From contig CAZFJQ010000002.1 of NCBI GenBank assembly GCA_964519755.1, forward strand, positions 83,307 through 147,306: 64,000 nucleotides of DNA. Reading direction: 5' to 3'. A program made the translations under genes and the position numbers. Below the pieces are notes generated by a model. The model searched no databases, was not told where the DNA came from, and saw nothing but the letters and a program-made list of their open reading frames with translations. Shown here piece by piece: positions 60,085-64,000 of the stretch. Numbering within the stretch: the stretch's first letter is position 1; each line of letters starts with the position of its first letter. The DNA comes from an uncultured Halioglobus sp. (GTDB lineage Bacteria; Pseudomonadota; Gammaproteobacteria; Pseudomonadales; Halieaceae).

Positions 60085-61314
60085 ATGGCATTTACGGTAG
60101 CGCGCAACAGCCTCTGGGCCGCGCTGATCCTGCTCCTGGGTGGGCTGGCAGCCTATGCCGTGCTGGTAGGCAAGCCGGATCCGACGCCGGAGGTGCCACC
60201 GGAGGCGGGTCCTCCCACGGTGGAGGTGGTGATCGCCCAGCCGGGTCAGGAGTCGCTTGCGGTGCAGACACAGGGTACGGTGCGCCCGACTCGTGAGGTC
60301 CGGGTCGTGAGCCGGGTCAGCGGCCGTGTCGAGAATGTCTCGCCCGGGTTTGCCGTGGGTGGATTCTTCACTGCCAATGAGCTGCTGGTGAAGATTGAAG
60401 ATATCGATTACCGGCTTGCGATTGCGCGCGCGGAATCACAGGTAGCTGCCGCGAAGCAGCAGCTTGCCGAGGAGCGCGGACGCTCGCGGCAGGCGGAGCG
60501 GGAGTGGCGTGACCTCGGCACAGCGGAGGCCAACGCGCTGTTTTTGCGCAAGCCGCAAATTGCCGCGGCCGAAGCGGCGCTCAAAGCCTCTGAGGCGGAC
60601 CTGCAGGCGGCACAACTCGATCTGGCGCGTACGGAAATCTCGGTGCCATTCAATGGTCGGGTCAGTGAAAAGCTGGTCGATGTGGGGCAATTCGTGAGCG
60701 CCGGCTCGCCTCTGGCGACCGTTTTCGCCACCGATGCCGTGGAGGTGCGGTTGCCGCTGTCCGGCAGGCAGGTCGCGCTGCTCGACCTGCCCCTGACCTA
60801 CGAGGAAGACAGGGAAAGCGGGCGCGAAACGGGTGCAAGGGTAGACCTGCGCGCTGTTTTTGCCAATCGGGAATGGCATTGGCAGGGGCGCATCGTGCGC
60901 ACCGACGCCAGCATCGACGAGGACAGTCGAATGGTGTATGCCGTGGCAGAGGTTGCAAAGCCATTCGCGCGCGAGCCCGGTAGTGAGCGTCCACCCCTTT
61001 CACCCGGGCTGTTTGTGCACGCCACAATCAGCGGCAAACCGCTCCCGGATGTGGTCGGTCTGCCGCGTTCGGCCCTGCTCAGCGATGATTCGGTCATGAT
61101 TGTGGATGAGGGCGGAGTTGCGCGCACTCGCCCGGTACGCAGGCTGCACAGCGATTCAGGCACCGTCTGGGTGCAGGGTCTGCAGGATGGCGAGCGGGTA
61201 ATGGTGCGTGAGGTGCCGCGGGTGATCGCCGGCGTTGAAGTGCGTGTCGCCAGTGTCGCGCAGATGGCGGGCAAGGCGGAGTCTCCGGCGCCGCGCGCGC
61301 AGGCGGGAGGCTAG
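60085..61314 (+). CDS. RND efflux periplasmic adaptor (membrane fusion protein)
   Basis: Trimmed to MAFTVARNSLWAALILLLGGLAAYAVL (TM anchor). It has a coiled-coil hairpin (RAESQVAAAKQQLAEERG...ALKASEADLQAAQLDLART) and ISVPFNGRV. Confidence 0.85.
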   Translation: MAFTVARNSLWAALILLLGGLAAYAVLVGKPDPTPEVPPEAGPPTVEVVIAQPGQESLAVQTQGTVRPTREVRVVSRVSGRVENVSPGFAVGGFFTANELLVKIEDIDYRLAIARAESQVAAAKQQLAEERGRSRQAEREWRDLGTAEANALFLRKPQIAAAEAALKASEADLQAAQLDLARTEISVPFNGRVSEKLVDVGQFVSAGSPLATVFATDAVEVRLPLSGRQVALLDLPLTYEEDRESGRETGARVDLRAVFANREWHWQGRIVRTDASIDEDSRMVYAVAEVAKPFAREPGSERPPLSPGLFVHATISGKPLPDVVGLPRSALLSDDSVMIVDEGGVARTRPVRRLHSDSGTVWVQGLQDGERVMVREVPRVIAGVEVRVASVAQMAGKAESPAPRAQAGG

Positions 61315-61316
61315 CC

Positions 61317-64000
61317 ATGGGCGGCCCGATTCGCTGGTTCGTTGACAACCCGATCGCAGCCAACCTGTTGATGGTATTTCTGGTTATCGGCGGATTGCTC
61401 GCGATTCCCTCTCTCGATAAACAGTTCTTTCCCGAATTCGAGCTCAATATCGTGAGCGTCTCAATGCCGTATCCCGGCGCGGGGCCGAGTGAAGTCGAGC
61501 AGCAGATCTGCAAACGTATCGAAGAGGCCGTGCACGACCTCAACGGCGTGAAGGAGATCCGTTCTACCGCGCGTCAGGGTTCAGGTACCGTGCTGATCGA
61601 GGCGCAATCCGGCTATGACATGCAGCGGCTCACCGCCGAGGTAAAATCCCGTGTGGATGCCATATCCACGTTTCCGGTGGACGCCGAGCGCCCCATCGTG
61701 ACCGAGCTGGCCCACCGCAATCACATGGCGATGGTGAGTCTCGCCGGCGATATCGGCGAGCGTGAACTGAAGGCGCTGGGGGAGCAATTACGTGACGATC
61801 TGGCCACGCAACCGCATGTCTCCCTGGTCGAACTGAGTAGCCCCCGGCCGTACGAGGTCGCGGTGGAGGTTTCCGAGTACACGCTGCGGCAGTATGGCCT
61901 GACGTTTGATGAGGTAGTCGCCGCTATCCGCTCCTCGTCGCTGAACCTGCCCGCCGGCACGTTGAAGACCCGTGAGGGCGATATCCAGTTGCAGACTCGC
62001 GGACAGGCCTATGACCGCCTGGATTTTGAGCAGATCCCGCTGTTGAGCACGCGCGATGGCACACAGGTGCTACTCGGCGATATAGCCAGCGTGCGGGACG
62101 GGTTTGAGGATGTAAACGTTCGCACGCGCCTGGACGGTCTGCCGGCGTTGAATTTGCACGTGTATGTCGCGTCCAACCCGGATACGCTCGCCACCAGTGA
62201 GTCCGTGGGGCGCTGGGTTGAAGCGACGCGTGCCCGCCTGCCCGACGGTGTTGTGCTTGAGTTCTGGCGCGACTCCGCTGACCCCTTTCGTGAACGCACC
62301 CGGATGCTGATAGAGAACGGCTTCGGAGGCCTGTTGCTGGTTTTCCTCGTGCTGATGGTATTCCTGCGGCCGCTGTTGGCACTGTGGGTGTGCGTGGGTA
62401 TCGCCGTGGCTTTCATGGGCACCTTTTTTGTATTGCCGCTGACCGGTGTCAGCCTGAACATGGTGTCCCTGATGGCTTTCCTGCTCGTTCTGGGGATTGT
62501 CGTGGACGATGCCATCATCGTTGGCGAGTCCATTCACTCGCACCAGGCGGCGGGCGAGACCGGCGCCAAAGGAGCTGTCAACGGCGCTCGTGGTGTCGTC
62601 AAGCCGGTGATGTTTGCCGTTGTATCGACCATGATTTTTGTAGCTCCCATGCTATTCCTGCCGGGAGAGATGGCGACAGCCGCAATACCCCTGCCGGTCG
62701 TCGTAATCCTTGCGCTGACATTCTCGCTGGTCGAATGCATGTGGATCCTGCCGTCGCATCTCGCGCACATGCGTCCCCAGCGTCCCAGTCGCTATCGTGT
62801 TCTCACCCGGCTGGAGGCCATCCGGGCGCGAATGGCGCAGGGCATGACGGACGTGGCGCGGGATATCTATCGCCCGTTTCTACAGCGCTGTCTGCGCGCC
62901 AACCTGATAGTTATTGCCTTCTTTGTGGTGGCTTTGTGTTTCAGCCTGGCCTTGTATGCAGGCGGCTGGTTGCGCTCGGCGTTTTTTCCAGCCGTGAATT
63001 CTGACCACGCCGAGGTAGAAATTACCCTGCCCAAGGGCGGGCCCTATAGTGAAACTGTCAGGGTGCTGGATACGGTCGAAGCTGCCGCGATCGAGGTTCG
63101 CAGCGAGTTCAATGCCGATCCGCGATTCGCCGCCGGGGGGCCGGTGGTCGGGCATATGTTTTCCTACGGCCAGGAAAATGAAATCAGGGCGTGGCTGCAG
63201 CTCAGGTCCGAGGACCTGGACGTGAAAGAACTCGCGGAACGCTGGCGCGAGGTGATCGGCGACATTGGCCCGGTGGAGGATTTTCAACTCGACTACACGA
63301 TTAATGAAATGGGTAGTCCGATTACCCTCGTGTTGGCCTCGGAATCAATTGAGGATTTGCGTGCGGCGTCGGATGAATTGCGTGGTGTGCTCGAGGCCTA
63401 TCCCGGGGTATTCAACGTCAACGATACGCTGCAGGCCCCGCGGGATGAAATCGAGCTGGGTTTGAAACCCACCGCGGAGAATTTATCCATCAGCCTCTCG
63501 AGCCTGGCAAGGCAGGCCCGTGAAGCTTTTTACGGCGCCGAAGCGCAACGTATTCCCCGCACCAAGGAGGATGTGCGGGTCATGGTGCGCTATCCGGAAG
63601 AAGAGCGCTTGTCGGTGGAGAATCTCAGCGACATGCGTGTGCGCACGCCGGCCGGGGATGAAATACCTTTCGATACCGTGGCAGAGGTCAGTTATCAACC
63701 GGGCTATCTCACCATCGAGCGGCTGGACCGCAAGCGCACTTTGAAAGTAACCGCCGATGTCGCTCGTGGTGTGGCTGACCCGCGAGCGGTAGTCGAGGAC
63801 GTCATGCGCAAACACTTGCCCGCACTGCAGGAGCGCTACCCGGACCTGGCCATGAGCCTGGATGGCGAATTGCAGGAGGAAGACGAGTTCCTCAGTGCCA
63901 TGCTGACTTTCATGGCGCTCGCCATGCTGATTGTCTATGCGCTGATGGCCATCCCCTTCAGGTCCTACTTTCAGCCGCTGCTGGTGCTGACGGCAGTGCC
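61317..64000 (+). CDS. RND efflux transporter permease (AcrB superfamily; 3' end runs off the window)
   Basis: My translation from the ATG at 61317 gives MGGPIRWFVDNPIAANLLMVFLVIGGLLAIPSLDKQFFPEF... It continues open to the window end, with a typical TM4 (GIVVDDAIIVGE). It starts 2 nt after the adaptor stop. It is absent from the ORF track because it is open-ended. Confidence 0.9.
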   Translation, partial: MGGPIRWFVDNPIAANLLMVFLVIGGLLAIPSLDKQFFPEFELNIVSVSMPYPGAGPSEVEQQICKRIEEAVHDLNGVKEIRSTARQGSGTVLIEAQSGYDMQRLTAEVKSRVDAISTFPVDAERPIVTELAHRNHMAMVSLAGDIGERELKALGEQLRDDLATQPHVSLVELSSPRPYEVAVEVSEYTLRQYGLTFDEVVAAIRSSSLNLPAGTLKTREGDIQLQTRGQAYDRLDFEQIPLLSTRDGTQVLLGDIASVRDGFEDVNVRTRLDGLPALNLHVYVASNPDTLATSESVGRWVEATRARLPDGVVLEFWRDSADPFRERTRMLIENGFGGLLLVFLVLMVFLRPLLALWVCVGIAVAFMGTFFVLPLTGVSLNMVSLMAFLLVLGIVVDDAIIVGESIHSHQAAGETGAKGAVNGARGVVKPVMFAVVSTMIFVAPMLFLPGEMATAAIPLPVVVILALTFSLVECMWILPSHLAHMRPQRPSRYRVLTRLEAIRARMAQGMTDVARDIYRPFLQRCLRANLIVIAFFVVALCFSLALYAGGWLRSAFFPAVNSDHAEVEITLPKGGPYSETVRVLDTVEAAAIEVRSEFNADPRFAAGGPVVGHMFSYGQENEIRAWLQLRSEDLDVKELAERWREVIGDIGPVEDFQLDYTINEMGSPITLVLASESIEDLRAASDELRGVLEAYPGVFNVNDTLQAPRDEIELGLKPTAENLSISLSSLARQAREAFYGAEAQRIPRTKEDVRVMVRYPEEERLSVENLSDMRVRTPAGDEIPFDTVAEVSYQPGYLTIERLDRKRTLKVTADVARGVADPRAVVEDVMRKHLPALQERYPDLAMSLDGELQEEDEFLSAMLTFMALAMLIVYALMAIPFRSYFQPLLVLTAV

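Overview
High-GC (roughly 60%) gammaproteobacterial chromosomal DNA, densely coded on both strands. Most of the window is conserved housekeeping. The gene order combines two well-known arrangements. One is lptM-lysA-dapF-yigA-xerC-yigB, as in enterics. The other is argH divergent from algZ-algR-hemC-hemD-hemX-hemY, as in Pseudomonas and related marine gammaproteobacteria; a Cellvibrionales or Microbulbifer-like origin is only a guess. Other recognisable genes include rep (partial), yifB, ubiK, a TorF-porin/glnK/amtB nitrogen unit with a sigma-54 promoter, ubiD, rho, trxA, yheS, fkpA-like, rsd/algQ, dsbB, acpH, gshA, moaA and a Prx5-type peroxiredoxin. There are also two RND efflux pairs, a TonB-dependent receptor, a Lon-like protease and a phasin pair. 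I found no rRNA, tRNA, CRISPR array, transposase, phage integrase or recognisable defense island. Many long ORFs in the track are antisense or 5'-extended artefacts of the high GC content, so I trimmed starts where a signal peptide, RBS or start/stop overlap supported it. The best candidates for uncharacterised biology are listed here. All functional readings of them are inference from domain content and gene packing, not demonstrated systems. (1) A tightly packed minus-strand operon of MoxR/CoxD-like AAA+, CoxE-like VWA, a Zn-ribbon membrane peptide, DUF1631 and PilZ, next to an orphan PilT/PilU ATPase. (2) A P450 / OMPLA-like / PaaI-thioesterase lipid-type trio. (3) A THxN PEP-CTERM gene with a strong sigma-54 promoter. 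(4) An RND permease -> adaptor -> TonB-dependent receptor string. (5) A Lon-like protease translationally overlapped with an unknown protein.
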